From Acidobacteriota bacterium (GTDB lineage Bacteria > Acidobacteriota > UBA6911 > JACQSX01), in the NCBI GenBank assembly GCA_036507075.1, contig DASXQR010000097.1, forward strand, positions 29,391 to 93,390: a stretch of 64,000 nt of DNA. Reading direction: 5' to 3'. Below the pieces are notes generated by a model that saw only the letters and a list, made by a program, of their open reading frames with translations, had not been told where the DNA came from and did no database searches. The stretch's first letter is position 1; every line of letters begins with the position of its first letter. This document shows positions 9,894-20,077 of this stretch, piece after piece. Position numbers and translations under genes: made by a program.

Positions 9894-10726
9894 GCAGCGC
9901 TGTACCCATTTGCCAGAGGTACTTTTACCCAGACCCAGGTGCCCCCTCCGGCAATTCCAGTAATGTTGACCCGGCCGCCCCAGGCTATGGCACGTTCCCA
10001 AATTCCGGCCAGGCCGTAGGACTTCTTTTCAAACTCGTCAGTGCGAATGCCTCGCCCGTTGTCTTTAATGATGACAATCAAGTGATCCCCTTTTCGCTCC
10101 ACGCGGACGCGAACTTCGGTGGCATCCGAATGGCGCACCACATTCGTCAGTGCCTCCTGCACAATCCGGAACAATGCGCCGGAGAGATCCGGATGCAGCG
10201 TTGAGTCTCCACCGTAGAAATCAAGCCTGCACCGGATTCCGGTCCGCTGCTGAAATGAGCGAACCTGCCACTCGAGCGCCGCTACCAGACCTTCGCTTAA
10301 GACCGCAGGGCGAAGGCTGGTGGATATTTTCCTGACCGTCTCCAGGGCTGTGTTGATGCTCTGCGCCATCAAATCCAGCCCCGAGGTGACAGATTCTTCA
10401 GGCGCTGCTCGCGACGCCAGATTTTCGCGGATGCGGGCAAGATCCAGTTTCAGCAACGTCAACATCTGTCCCAGCTCGTCGTGGATCTCTCTGGCCAACT
10501 CACACCTTTCGTCTTCTTGCAACGAGCGCCGGCCATTGGATTCAGTTGACAAAGACTTCAGCTCGCTGACTGGCAAGGATACCGCATCGCAGTAAACGAA
10601 CAGACTTGCATAACCTTTGCCGGAACGGATGACCCTGATGTTGCTGCGGCCCTGGATGACATACGCCGAGCGGCCTGCTGGATGGGTCCCTAAAGCTCCG
10701 GTGGGAGTATTACACTCTTTCAGCAT
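9890..10726 (-). CDS. Histidine kinase (HisKA_3 + HATPase), no recognisable sensor domain
   Basis: ARELAREIHDELGQ-type H box (ELAREIHDELGQ), QEALTNVVRHS, DNGRG, GLAGIWER; start uncertain. Confidence 0.85.
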   Translation of the reverse strand: MLKECNTPTGALGTHPAGRSAYVIQGRSNIRVIRSGKGYASLFVYCDAVSLPVSELKSLSTESNGRRSLQEDERCELAREIHDELGQMLTLLKLDLARIRENLASRAAPEESVTSGLDLMAQSINTALETVRKISTSLRPAVLSEGLVAALEWQVRSFQQRTGIRCRLDFYGGDSTLHPDLSGALFRIVQEALTNVVRHSDATEVRVRVERKGDHLIVIIKDNGRGIRTDEFEKKSYGLAGIWERAIAWGGRVNITGIAGGGTWVWVKVPLANGYSAA

Positions 10727-10905
10727 AAATCATCAACAGGGACTGTCCCAAAACACGACTCACAGGTCCCGGACCTTCAGTCTCACAGTTTGTAAAACGC
10801 GATAAGAGTTGTTTACACGCTAAGTTACAACATTTCGAATGGACATTTCCAGAAATTTGACGGGTGGTCGGTCTTGGCGCGATTTCGCGAAAAATAAGGA
10901 TGATC

Positions 10906-10979
10906 GGAGAGATGGCCTGAGGGCCGTCTCTACTCACAAAATGTAGAATTCCCTGAGACGGCCCTCAGGCCGTCTCTCC
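10906..10979. repeat. GTAG-type REP-like pair
   Basis: ggagagatggcctgagggccgtctctac and gagacggccctcaggccgtctctcc; each unit is itself a hairpin. Confidence 0.6.
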
Positions 10980-11067
10980 AGTCCCAAAATGTAAAAAATA
11001 GAGGCTGCGATATGTTGAGGTTTGGCTCTGACCGGGGGTGCCGCGTCGCTACGTGCCTAAAGGTCTT

Positions 11068-11532
11068 TCAGGGCCGGGATGGATTTCGCTGAACCGTTGA
11101 GGACTTCGTAACAGGCTTGAAATCAGAGTGTTCGTTTGTGACCCATTGGCGCGCCTTGAGCAGGGCGCTGGTGGCGGCATCCTTTCTGTTATGGAAAGTG
11201 CGGTTGCGGCTGGGATGAAAATGGACATGGCCGGCGGTCCCAATATACCGTTCCGCCTGCCAGGAGTCGTCCCACATCCCAACCAGTTCGCGCCCCATGA
11301 ATCGTATTGACCATCCGCCAGTCCGCTCTATTCCCAGCTCTCCAAGCTTGCTGTCCACTTCATGCTCAGCTCGCGAGAGCTTGAGTGCGATCTCCGAACC
11401 ATTCAAGCCTCGTGCAAAAAGCGTCCACAATCGGTTAACTTCATCTTCATTCCAGTCGTTCCTGATGTTCAGATGCAAACCGAACTCTCCTGGGTGCTGG
11501 ACGGAGTTTTTCCGCCCTGGGTTACGTATCAT
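11068..11532 (-). CDS. Hypothetical protein with a GcrA-like N-terminal HTH
   Basis: WNEDEVNRLWTLFARGLNGSEIALKLSR..V.SKL..LG; GGAG RBS; ATGA overlap with the upstream ORF. Confidence 0.55.
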   Translation of the reverse strand: MIRNPGRKNSVQHPGEFGLHLNIRNDWNEDEVNRLWTLFARGLNGSEIALKLSRAEHEVDSKLGELGIERTGGWSIRFMGRELVGMWDDSWQAERYIGTAGHVHFHPSRNRTFHNRKDAATSALLKARQWVTNEHSDFKPVTKSSTVQRNPSRP

Positions 11533-11885
11533 TTCTCCGAGCGTAACAAGGGTGCGCGAAGGGTGTTTGGCGGCGCTGGTGCGAGCTCTGCAGCCACGCG
11601 TGACTCCCATGTCAGCACCGTGTCGGCTTCCGGAACGCACGGCGCGCACCTTCCGTTCTGCGGAGAGAAGCTGTAAAACTGTTGAAGGAGCAGTCCCGCT
11701 TCGTCCCGCACTTCTACTTTGCAGAGCTGACCGGAGCCGGACGTAAACTTGGCAAGAATTGCCAACGCGCGGTCCAACTCACGGACTGTCGGAAGATCGC
11801 ATCTTCCGACGGAGTCGTGAATGTCCCAGCCCTGCTTGGAAGGCGTGAGGGTGTAGATAATAAGAGCTGTTATTGCCCCTTCCAT
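11529..11885 (-). CDS. Hypothetical protein, possibly DUF2188-like
   Basis: YTLTPSKQGWDI...RALAILAK...VEVRDEAG pattern; stop overlaps the next ATG. Confidence 0.4.
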   Translation of the reverse strand: MEGAITALIIYTLTPSKQGWDIHDSVGRCDLPTVRELDRALAILAKFTSGSGQLCKVEVRDEAGLLLQQFYSFSPQNGRCAPCVPEADTVLTWESRVAAELAPAPPNTLRAPLLRSEK

Positions 11886-12104
11886 TTTAAGGTCCCAAGC
11901 CCAGAGGTGAGTACTGCTGCCCCAACAGCATAGCATCCAAAACGGTCTGAATACTTCAACGTTAAGCCCTTTGTACTTATCACACAATTACGGCTCTCTG
12001 AGATTGGAGTCGGAAATACACCTATTTTTTTGTAAGAATCTCGCTATTTGCGTTTGTTGCTGATTAGGCGTACGTTAGAGCTACTCCCGGCCTCGAGTGA
12101 TGAA

Positions 12105-12710
12105 ATGAGTTTGACCAAGACTTCCCACACTTGTGGAACGTATGACGTTGTGGCTTTTGCGTCGTCGGCCGGCGGCTTGCACGCGCTCCGGACCGTGCTC
12201 TCGCAGCTCCCCGGCGATTTTCCCGCCGCGGTGGTGCTGGTGCAGCACCTGGATCCGAGGCACCCCAGCATGATGGCCGACATCCTTGGGCGGGGCAGCC
12301 CACTGAGCGTGCGGGAGGCCAGAGAAGGTGACCAACTGATCCAGTCACAGGTTTATATAGCGCCGCCCAACCGGCACCTGCTGGTGAATCCGGGCGGCGG
12401 CCTGACGCTGTCGGAATCGGCTTTGGTGAACTTTGTCAGACCCTCTGCCGACCTCCTGTTTGAGTCGGTCGCCTCGAGCTACAAAAACCGGGCTATCGCT
12501 GTCGTACTTAGCGGCGCAGGCAGTGACGGCGGCATGGGTGTGCGGGCGATCCATCGAATGGGCGGCATTGTCATCGTCCAGGACGAAAAGACTTCGCAGT
12601 TCTTCGGCATGCCGGGTACCGCCATTGGAACCGGGGCCGCAAACTTCGTTCTACCCCTGGAAACAATTGCTCCCACGCTGGTCCGGCTTGTGACGGGAAA
12701 AGTAAGTTAA
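12105..12710 (+). CDS. cheB: Stand-alone CheB-type methylesterase domain
   Basis: ASSAGG, VQHL, RPSADLLFES, LSGAGSDG, QDEKTS..FGMP; no receiver domain. Confidence 0.9.
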   Translation: MSLTKTSHTCGTYDVVAFASSAGGLHALRTVLSQLPGDFPAAVVLVQHLDPRHPSMMADILGRGSPLSVREAREGDQLIQSQVYIAPPNRHLLVNPGGGLTLSESALVNFVRPSADLLFESVASSYKNRAIAVVLSGAGSDGGMGVRAIHRMGGIVIVQDEKTSQFFGMPGTAIGTGAANFVLPLETIAPTLVRLVTGKVS

Positions 12711-12760
12711 GACTGACAGCCTGGTCCGACTTGTGACGGGAGAGGTTAATGACTGACAGC
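12678..12760 (+). repeat. Imperfect ~42-bp tandem duplication at the cheB/cheR junction
   Basis: ctggtccggcttgtgacggg..gttaagactgacagc followed by ctggtccgacttgtgacggg..gttaatgactgacagc. Confidence 0.85.
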
Positions 12761-14599
12761 GAGAAAGACGACAAGTTCGAGGCGGTGCTGGAATACCTGC
12801 GGCGCACCCGCGGCTTCGATTTTACCGGATACAAGCGTCCCAGCCTGATGCGGCGCGCCCAAAAACGGATGCAGGTTGTCGGCATCAAGGACTTCGGCGA
12901 CTATCTGGATTACCTCGAGGTCCATCCCGAGGAGTTTGTCCAGCTTTTCAATACCATCCTGATTAATGTGACCTCTTTTTTTCGGGATCCCACGGCATGG
13001 GACTTCCTGGTCCGCGAGGGGATTCCTCCTATTCTGACCGCCAAGGCAAAAGACGAGGCTGTGCGTGTCTGGAGCGCAGGTTGCGCCACGGGCGAGGAGG
13101 CCTACACTCTGGCGATCCTCATGGCTGAAACCATGGGAGTGGATGCCTTCAAACAGCGGGTGAAGATTTACGCAACCGATATGGATGAAGACGCCCTGGT
13201 GCAGGCGCGACAGGCGACCTACACGGCCAAAGAAATTGAGCCGATCCCGCCGGAGCTGCGGGATAAATACTTCGAGCAGATCGGCACGCGTTACGTATTT
13301 CGCGGCGATCTCCGGCGTTCCGTGATATTTGGACGCCACGACCTGATCCAGGACGCGCCCATCTCCCGCGTTGATATCCTCGCCTGCCGCAATACATTGA
13401 TGTATTTCAACGCTGAAACTCAGGCCCGCATTCTTGCCCGGTTCCACTTCGCGCTCAACGAGAAGGGGTGCTTGTTTCTGGGAAAGGCGGAGCTGATGCT
13501 GTCGAACGGGGAGCTTTACAACGCTCTGAATCTCAAGCAGCGCGTGTTCTCCAAAATTCCCAAAGCCAGCCTGCGCGATCGCCTGCTCGTTCTTGCGCAG
13601 GGAGGAAGTGTGGAAGCGGGGAATCAACTCGGCAACCAGGTGCAGCTGCGCGAACTCGCGTTTGACACGGCTCCTGTGGCGCAAGCGATTATCGACTTGA
13701 ACGGCAATCTGGCGATGATGAACGAGCGGGCGCGGCGGCTGTTCAACTTGAACTCGCGCGACGTGGGACGCCGCTTTCAGGATCTTGAATTCTCTTCCAA
13801 GCCGGTAGAAATTCATGCCATGATCCAACGGGCATATGCCGAACAGGAAGCCGTCGTACTGCGCGACGTTGAACGAAATTTTCCGGACGGTGAAAGCCAT
13901 TTCCTCGATGTGGTGGTTACGCCTCTGACCGAGAACAGCAGCGTCATCGGAGTCAGCGTCACATTCAACGACGCCTCACGCTACCAGCAAATCAAAGATG
14001 AGCTGCAGCGGTCCGCCGAAGAGCTGGAAACCGCCTACGAAGAACTTCAATCCAGCAATGAAGAACTCGAAACAACCAATGAAGAATTGCAGTCCACGGT
14101 CGAGGAGCTGGAAACAACCAACGAAGAGCTCCACTCCAGCAATGAGGAGCTGGAGACGATGAACGAAGAGCTCCAGTCGACCAATGAAGAGCTGAACGCC
14201 ATGAATGCGCAGCTGCGCAGCTCGACCCAAGAGTCAAAGCGCGTCAATTCCTTCCTTGAGTCGATCCTTTTCAGCATGCGCACGGGCGTTGTGGTGCTCA
14301 ACTCCGATTTTCAAACCCAGGTCTGGAACCGCAAGTCTGAAGACCTGTGGGGCATCAGGAGCGAGGAAGTTCGGGGGAAGAACTTCCTCAACCTGGATAT
14401 CGGCTTGCCGGTGCAAAAACTGACACAGCCGATCCGATCGTGCTTGAATGGAGAGGCCGAGGAAGTCGAATTGGTGCTTGATTGCACCAACCGTCGCGGC
14501 AAACCTATAAAATGCGCGGTCACCTGTATTCCTTTGACTGGCTCGGACGGAGCCCGCGGCGTGATTCTCTGCGTAGAAGAAGCGGGCGGGAGCAGGTGA
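12749..14599 (+). CDS. cheR: CheR-type methyltransferase with PAS domains and an EELQS(T/S)NEE coiled coil
   Basis: INVTSFFRD, VWSAGCATGEEAY, CRNTLMYF, then PAS, heptad repeats, PAS. Confidence 0.92.
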   Translation: MTDSEKDDKFEAVLEYLRRTRGFDFTGYKRPSLMRRAQKRMQVVGIKDFGDYLDYLEVHPEEFVQLFNTILINVTSFFRDPTAWDFLVREGIPPILTAKAKDEAVRVWSAGCATGEEAYTLAILMAETMGVDAFKQRVKIYATDMDEDALVQARQATYTAKEIEPIPPELRDKYFEQIGTRYVFRGDLRRSVIFGRHDLIQDAPISRVDILACRNTLMYFNAETQARILARFHFALNEKGCLFLGKAELMLSNGELYNALNLKQRVFSKIPKASLRDRLLVLAQGGSVEAGNQLGNQVQLRELAFDTAPVAQAIIDLNGNLAMMNERARRLFNLNSRDVGRRFQDLEFSSKPVEIHAMIQRAYAEQEAVVLRDVERNFPDGESHFLDVVVTPLTENSSVIGVSVTFNDASRYQQIKDELQRSAEELETAYEELQSSNEELETTNEELQSTVEELETTNEELHSSNEELETMNEELQSTNEELNAMNAQLRSSTQESKRVNSFLESILFSMRTGVVVLNSDFQTQVWNRKSEDLWGIRSEEVRGKNFLNLDIGLPVQKLTQPIRSCLNGEAEEVELVLDCTNRRGKPIKCAVTCIPLTGSDGARGVILCVEEAGGSR

Positions 14600-14763
<164 letters not shown>

Positions 14764-14764
14764 C

Positions 14765-15556
14765 ATGCTGAAGACCAATAAGGCAAAACAAACCCTGAAG
14801 GACGGCGGCGTCTGCTTTGGGACAATGCTGCGCCTGCTGCATTCACCGCACGCCATACCCTTGTGCGCCTCGGCTGGATGGGACTTCATCATTATTGACA
14901 CCGAGCACGGTGACTTTGACTCTGAGACACTGGCGGGAATGTGCGTGGCTGCCAAGTATGAGGAGCTGGCCCTGCTGGCGCGCGTTCCCGACAAGCTTTA
15001 TCACCAACTGGCCAAGCCGCTCGATCTGGGATTGGAAGGGCTCGTCATACCTCGCGTGGAAGAAAGCGCAGAAGTGCAGCACATTCTGCAATCCACCAAA
15101 TACCACCCGATGGGCGCGCGCGGCGCCAGCGTGTCGACAACGGCGACCCTGTTTCGAGATCACGATGCCGTGTCTTACATGGAATGGGCCAACCGCGAGA
15201 CATTGATCGTGGTTCAGGTTGAATCCCAGCGCGCCGTGGAGAATGTTGACAAGATTGTCTCGGTCTCCGGTGTAGACGCGGTGCTCATCGGACCGTTCGA
15301 TCTTTCTCAAAGCATGGGAATCCCGGGCCAGACTTCCCATCCGCGCATGGCCGATGCTTTCCGGCGCGTGATTGAGGCCTGTAAGCGCCACCATGTCGCG
15401 CCCGGCATTCACCTCTCTTCCATCGAATCGGCGGCGCAGTGGGTCAAAGCGGGCATGCGGTTTGTAACCTACAGCTACGACGCCAAGTTCCTGCTCGATT
15501 CCAGCCAGGAGGCGGTAAAGCAACTGCGTGACATAGCTCGGCACCCGAAAAACTGA
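14765..15556 (+). CDS. HpcH/HpaI aldolase family protein
   Basis: IDTEHG, RVP, PMGARG, QVES, IGPFDLS. Confidence 0.92.
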   Translation: MLKTNKAKQTLKDGGVCFGTMLRLLHSPHAIPLCASAGWDFIIIDTEHGDFDSETLAGMCVAAKYEELALLARVPDKLYHQLAKPLDLGLEGLVIPRVEESAEVQHILQSTKYHPMGARGASVSTTATLFRDHDAVSYMEWANRETLIVVQVESQRAVENVDKIVSVSGVDAVLIGPFDLSQSMGIPGQTSHPRMADAFRRVIEACKRHHVAPGIHLSSIESAAQWVKAGMRFVTYSYDAKFLLDSSQEAVKQLRDIARHPKN

Positions 15557-15700
15557 ACCGCCAAGAACGCAAAGACCGGCAAGATTCTAAAGAGCTATGA
15601 TCTGATTCCCTGCAGCAGCATCCATTCCGCAAGGTGAATTTAGAAATGCCAAGCTGAAAAAATAACCTTCGCGTTCTTGGCGTTCTTGGCGGTTTAGTTG
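15550..15700. repeat. Palindromic element with 9-bp-periodic arms between convergent genes
   Basis: aactgaaccgccaagaacgc / gcgttcttggcggtttagtt. Confidence 0.7.
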
Positions 15701-15704
15701 TTTT

Positions 15705-16634
15705 TCAGTGCATTTCGACTTCGCAGGTGCCGATACCGGGGCGATAGAAATTAAACTGGACGCTGGGATGGTCGGCCAGCAGTGACATGGGCACGGAACT
15801 GTCCATGATCTTGTGCGAAATCATCCAGGTGGTGAGCCGCTGCCCGAAAGGGGTATCGTGAGTTCCCGCGTGCCAGATGGAAACCTTATCGGCTTTCCAG
15901 GTCTCCTGCGGGCCAACCGAAAGCGCCTGGCGGGGTACGGCGGCCACGTTTCCTCCGCCCGAAGTGCGCGCATTCTGAACCAGCGTGAGCGGATGCAGGT
16001 CCACCACGCGAGCGGCAAGCTGGCGATATTCGGCCGGGCTGGGCGGCGCATCCCGATATTTTCCCTCGCGACGCACGGGATCATTGAAGGCCCAGTGTTT
16101 TGTCTCTCCCTGCCCGCCCTGCATCACTGCACAGCGCGCCCGGTCCCAGCTCGACTGGTAGGCTTGCAGGTCCGCGGTGGGAAAGTGAAGATTCTCGTCC
16201 GGCATCGCCAGCTCCGGCCGGATTCGATCAAAGCAGAGCTCCATATCGGTTCGCTTGAACGAAAGCGGGTGATCTTCGCCCACTTCTTTTCCGCCGATAA
16301 ACCATTCATCCATCGCCCAGAAGTGCGCGTGCCTCAACGGGATGGCCAGCTCATTGACCAGTCTGGCAACCAGCGGCAACTGCTCGGTAGGTCCGATCGG
16401 ACCGCAGATTCCCACCGGGACTGCGGCGGTCGCCTGCCTCCACGCCTGGATGTATTCGAGCGCTTCGGCCAGATAGAATTCCTCCAGCGTTTCATAGAAG
16501 ACCACGCGAAACCCCGGCCGGCCGAGCTTCAGCATCTCCTCGGGCGTCAAACGAGCCGTGCGTGCAAGAACGTCGTCGTCCAGCGTGGTGTAATCCCACC
16601 AGTCAAGCGCGATGGAACTAAGTTTACGGATCAT
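15705..16634 (-). CDS. NagB-like glucosamine-6-phosphate isomerase/deaminase-fold protein (divergent)
   Basis: [25 protein letters not shown] resembling NagB GIG..GHI.FNEP. Confidence 0.7.
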   Translation of the reverse strand: MIRKLSSIALDWWDYTTLDDDVLARTARLTPEEMLKLGRPGFRVVFYETLEEFYLAEALEYIQAWRQATAAVPVGICGPIGPTEQLPLVARLVNELAIPLRHAHFWAMDEWFIGGKEVGEDHPLSFKRTDMELCFDRIRPELAMPDENLHFPTADLQAYQSSWDRARCAVMQGGQGETKHWAFNDPVRREGKYRDAPPSPAEYRQLAARVVDLHPLTLVQNARTSGGGNVAAVPRQALSVGPQETWKADKVSIWHAGTHDTPFGQRLTTWMISHKIMDSSVPMSLLADHPSVQFNFYRPGIGTCEVEMH

Positions 16635-16663
16635 AGTTGTTTCCAAATGCCACCAAACGCCGA

Positions 16664-17461
16664 TCACCCCTCGAGCTCTGCTTCATACTCCCGGTTGACC
16701 AGGTACTTCTGGCCCAGGGCTTCCCGCAGGGGATCGGCATCGGGCGCGCAGAATCCGAAATGCAAATGGCGCCTCCAGCCCTCGGCGTGCTTGAATCTAC
16801 CGGAGATTGATCCGAGCTGCAGAGACATCTCTTCCATCGCCTGCATATACGAACTTAGTTGCTGGCTCGTGTCCAACCACTGTTGCTGGCTGCGGTGGCA
16901 CGCCAGCGCCGATCTTTTCAAATCCTGAACCGAGGTGGTGTCAACAAAGGCGCCGGGATTGATCCGCTTCCTAAGCGCGTTTCTCATGCCGTGCGGCATG
17001 GCGTGGTAAATCGTGACCTGGCGGTCAGTGTGCGCGCGGGGAGGAGTAGTTCTAAAATTTGGCATCCCACGGACAAAAGCTGCGGTCACAGCAAGCCGGC
17101 ACGCGTTTGTGTGGTCTTCCATGTAATCCTGCGGGGAGTGAATCAGCAGCACGACAGGCTCGACCTGGCGCACGATGCCGGCCAGCCTGCGCAGCAGCTT
17201 CGCTTCGTAAATAATCTCGATGTCGTTGACGAGGCTCTCGTGGAATTGAGCACCGAGGACTTGAGCCGCCTTGCGGGATTCCCGCTGCCGGGTCTTCTTT
17301 ATTTCGGCGGCACTTTGATCGGCGCTGCCGCAGGAGCCGTTGGCAAGGGTCAGATAATGCGTTTTGTATCCGGCCTGCCGCAGCAGCAGCAGCGTTCCGG
17401 CCATCATGAATTCGATGTCATCCGGATGCGCTGCGATGGCCATCGCCACCCTTTCAGCCAT
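16664..17461 (-). CDS. PIG-L/LmbE-family N-acetyl deacetylase
   Basis: AHPDDIE, R..E...AA..LG, DH motif, CHRSQ. Confidence 0.9.
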   Translation of the reverse strand: MAERVAMAIAAHPDDIEFMMAGTLLLLRQAGYKTHYLTLANGSCGSADQSAAEIKKTRQRESRKAAQVLGAQFHESLVNDIEIIYEAKLLRRLAGIVRQVEPVVLLIHSPQDYMEDHTNACRLAVTAAFVRGMPNFRTTPPRAHTDRQVTIYHAMPHGMRNALRKRINPGAFVDTTSVQDLKRSALACHRSQQQWLDTSQQLSSYMQAMEEMSLQLGSISGRFKHAEGWRRHLHFGFCAPDADPLREALGQKYLVNREYEAELEG

Positions 17462-18494
17462 GCATTTCCGAGATTTTAACCGGCCGTCCTTCCGAAGCCG
17501 ACTGGTCGGCTGCAAATATGATCCGGTGCGTCTGCAGAGCATCGCCCAGGCTGGTGAGCGGCATTTCTTCGTTTCGCCTGAGAGATTCAAAAAAAGCCTG
17601 GAACTGCGTCAGGTAGGGATGGTCGGAAACATCCCCCGAATCGAGCAGCTTCATTGACAACTGGCTCCAGGAGTGGCGGTCTATGCCTGCTATCTCGCTG
17701 GAATAAAATTTGTTGTCGAGCAGGCTTCCGCGGCTGCCCACCAGATGAACGTGGAAGTAGTAAGGCTGCAGGCAATCAATCACAGAAGCAACTTTGCCTG
17801 CGCGGCCGTCCTTGAACCTCAGGATCGTGACGCTGGTAGTGGGATACTCGTAATTGGCGAACGATTCATGACCGGAAAAGGTGGAATAGCTGCAAACTGT
17901 GTCCACCTCCGCTCCCATGATCAGCAGCAGGGCGTCCATGGCGTGGCATCCTGCGGAAAGAAGACTGCTGCCCCCCGCGTTCTTCTTTGTATTCCATCGG
18001 TATTGCCCGTACCAGGGACCAATGCCATGGAAGTAGTCGACTTCGGCGTAATGAAGCTTCCCCAGCAGGCCGCGGTCGACGGTTGCCTTGGTGGCGAGAA
18101 ACTGGCTCGAGTACCGGCATTCAAAGCAGACGCAGGTCTTGACGCCGTTGTCGCGCACGGCCCGGTCCATCGAAAGACAGTCTTTCCAGGATAAAGCGAG
18201 CGGTTTTTCGATAATCAAATGCTTTCCAGCTCCGGCGGCCGCGATCGTCTGCGTTGCGTGCTCGTAAGGATAGCTGCAGATTGACACCACATCGACGCCG
18301 CTTTCATGCAGCAGTTTCGTCAGGTCCTGATAGCAGGCGATCTTGGCGCCGTGACGGGCGCTCATTTCGCCGGAATCCAGCTTTCGGGAGGAATAAACGG
18401 CAGTGACTTCGGCCTGTCCGGTGGCATTGATGGCAGCGATGTGGGCTCCTGCTACCCAGCCGTATCCTGCAATTCCGACTTTGTATTTGGTCAT
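17454..18494 (-). CDS. Gfo/Idh/MocA oxidoreductase
   Basis: GIAGYGWVA, IIEKPLA, GG..L..GCH. Confidence 0.92.
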   Translation of the reverse strand: MTKYKVGIAGYGWVAGAHIAAINATGQAEVTAVYSSRKLDSGEMSARHGAKIACYQDLTKLLHESGVDVVSICSYPYEHATQTIAAAGAGKHLIIEKPLALSWKDCLSMDRAVRDNGVKTCVCFECRYSSQFLATKATVDRGLLGKLHYAEVDYFHGIGPWYGQYRWNTKKNAGGSSLLSAGCHAMDALLLIMGAEVDTVCSYSTFSGHESFANYEYPTTSVTILRFKDGRAGKVASVIDCLQPYYFHVHLVGSRGSLLDNKFYSSEIAGIDRHSWSQLSMKLLDSGDVSDHPYLTQFQAFFESLRRNEEMPLTSLGDALQTHRIIFAADQSASEGRPVKISEMHG

Positions 18495-18587
18495 TCTCGG
18501 TTAGCGGGTTTCGGGTTTTCGGGTTACGAGTTACGAGTTTCGAATTCGCAGTTCAACAGTTTTTGGGAAATATAGCAGCATTCCATT

Positions 18588-18827
18588 GGAAAGCAAACCG
18601 CGAAGGCGCGAAGAACATCTGTCGGTCTGTTTTCCTCAGGATGATTGAGTCCATTTGCCACGAAGGCACGAAGACACGAAGGACCGGTGTTTTGTTTAGA
18701 GTGCTACTTCTCATAACTCGGTCATGGTGCTGCAGAAGTGGCACTTCTGACTAAATCATTGCACTTCGTGTCTTCGTGTCTTCGTGGCAAACCCACTCGT
18801 TCGCGTCTTCGCGGTTCAAGCTTTTCC
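18588..18827. repeat. Nested palindromic element with family B core
   Basis: Outer aaccgcgaaggcgcgaa/ttcgcgtcttcgcggtt, inner tttgccacgaag/cttcgtggcaaa, core agtgctacttct...agaagtggcact. Confidence 0.8.
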
Positions 18828-18888
18828 GGAGTTATGGAAATTCCTCACTCATCCAATTAAACTCTTCCTACCCGAGGAGAAAGAACCC

Positions 18889-19836
18889 ATGAAAACCGCC
18901 AATCGAAAGATCCTACCGGAGGCGGCCCAATCAAGGCGCGCCTTTATTCGCACCGTCACTGCAGGCCTTGGAGGCGCAGTCGCGGTCCAGAATCCAGCCC
19001 GCGCGTCCGCTGTCCTCCAGGGACCGGGAAAGTTGCCGCGCCGCTTCATCATTGACTCCCATCACCATTTTGAAGAGAAGGCCGATTATTTTGATCGGTT
19101 GATTAAAAACTACCGCCCCAGAAACGCGATGGTTTGCGTCAATACGTTCATGTCCGGATTCGAGGCCGTAAAGAAAGCCGCGGCTCAATTCCCGAACGTC
19201 GTCATTCCCTATGGCAGGATCAATGTGGACGAGCCGGGTGCGTTGTCGGAAATAGAACAATTTGCCGCAGCCGGATTCAAGGGAATAAAAATGCACAGCC
19301 CGCGGCACAACTGGGATGATCCTCAATATTTCCACCTGTATGCGCGGCTGCAGGACTTAAAGCTGGTGGCGTTGTTTCACACCGGAATTGCTTTCCATGT
19401 CGATACCCCGCAGTACACGTCAATGGCGCGTATGCGGCCCTCGTTTCTGGATACGCTCACTCGCGCATTTCCCAACCTCTACATACAGGGGGCACATCTT
19501 GGAAATCCCTGGTATGACGAGGCGGCTGAAGCGGCCCGGTGGGGCCCGAAGCTTTACTTCGATCTGACCGGATCGTCCTTAATGAAAAAGGAGAAAAACC
19601 TTGGTGTCTTCAAAGAGTATCTGTGGTGGGCAGGCCCAAGCCAGCACAGCTCTCCACATGCTGTGTACGCGTTCGAAAAGCTCGTATTTGGAACCGATGA
19701 ACCACCCGAGCAGCTAGACGGCGTTCTGACCCGTTTTGAAGCGATGCTGGACGTTTGCGACGTTCCCGAGGCCAGCCGGCGCAAGATCTATGGCGAAACC
19801 ATGGCGAAAATTCTGGGGGTCAAGGTCAGGCCCTGA
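18889..19836 (+). CDS. Amidohydrolase-2 family protein with Tat signal
   Basis: [38 protein letters not shown]. Confidence 0.88.
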   Translation: MKTANRKILPEAAQSRRAFIRTVTAGLGGAVAVQNPARASAVLQGPGKLPRRFIIDSHHHFEEKADYFDRLIKNYRPRNAMVCVNTFMSGFEAVKKAAAQFPNVVIPYGRINVDEPGALSEIEQFAAAGFKGIKMHSPRHNWDDPQYFHLYARLQDLKLVALFHTGIAFHVDTPQYTSMARMRPSFLDTLTRAFPNLYIQGAHLGNPWYDEAAEAARWGPKLYFDLTGSSLMKKEKNLGVFKEYLWWAGPSQHSSPHAVYAFEKLVFGTDEPPEQLDGVLTRFEAMLDVCDVPEASRRKIYGETMAKILGVKVRP

Positions 19837-19861
19837 CACCTGTCGGACCCGCGACCGTAAG

Positions 19862-20060
19862 CTGGGATTATTCATAAACTGAAAGAATTGGCGGCTGATC
19901 TACACGGAAAACACGGATTAGTATCGGGGTCGAGGGATGGGCTCCATAACAGTAGTGAGTCAGCTTCGCCGGGCATCGACGCCCATCCCTCGACCCCGAT
20001 ACCGTCAGCGTTGTCCGCGTAAATCGGCGGCTAGTTCCTGCAGTTTGTGAATAGTCCCGG
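19862..20060. mobile_element. MITE-like element with ~28-bp imperfect TIRs and a TAAG flanking duplication, containing two inner palindromes
   Basis: ctgggattattcataaactg / cagtttgtgaatagtcccgg; TAAG at 19858-19861 and 20061-20064; perfect 22-bp inner IR at 19921-19942 / 19981-20002. Confidence 0.65.
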
Positions 20061-20077
20061 TAAGGAGGTATCCCCTC

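Noticed and set aside
14020..14200. 21-bp periodic DNA repeats
   Set aside because: Explained by the EELQS(T/S)NEE heptad coiled coil of the CheR-PAS protein.
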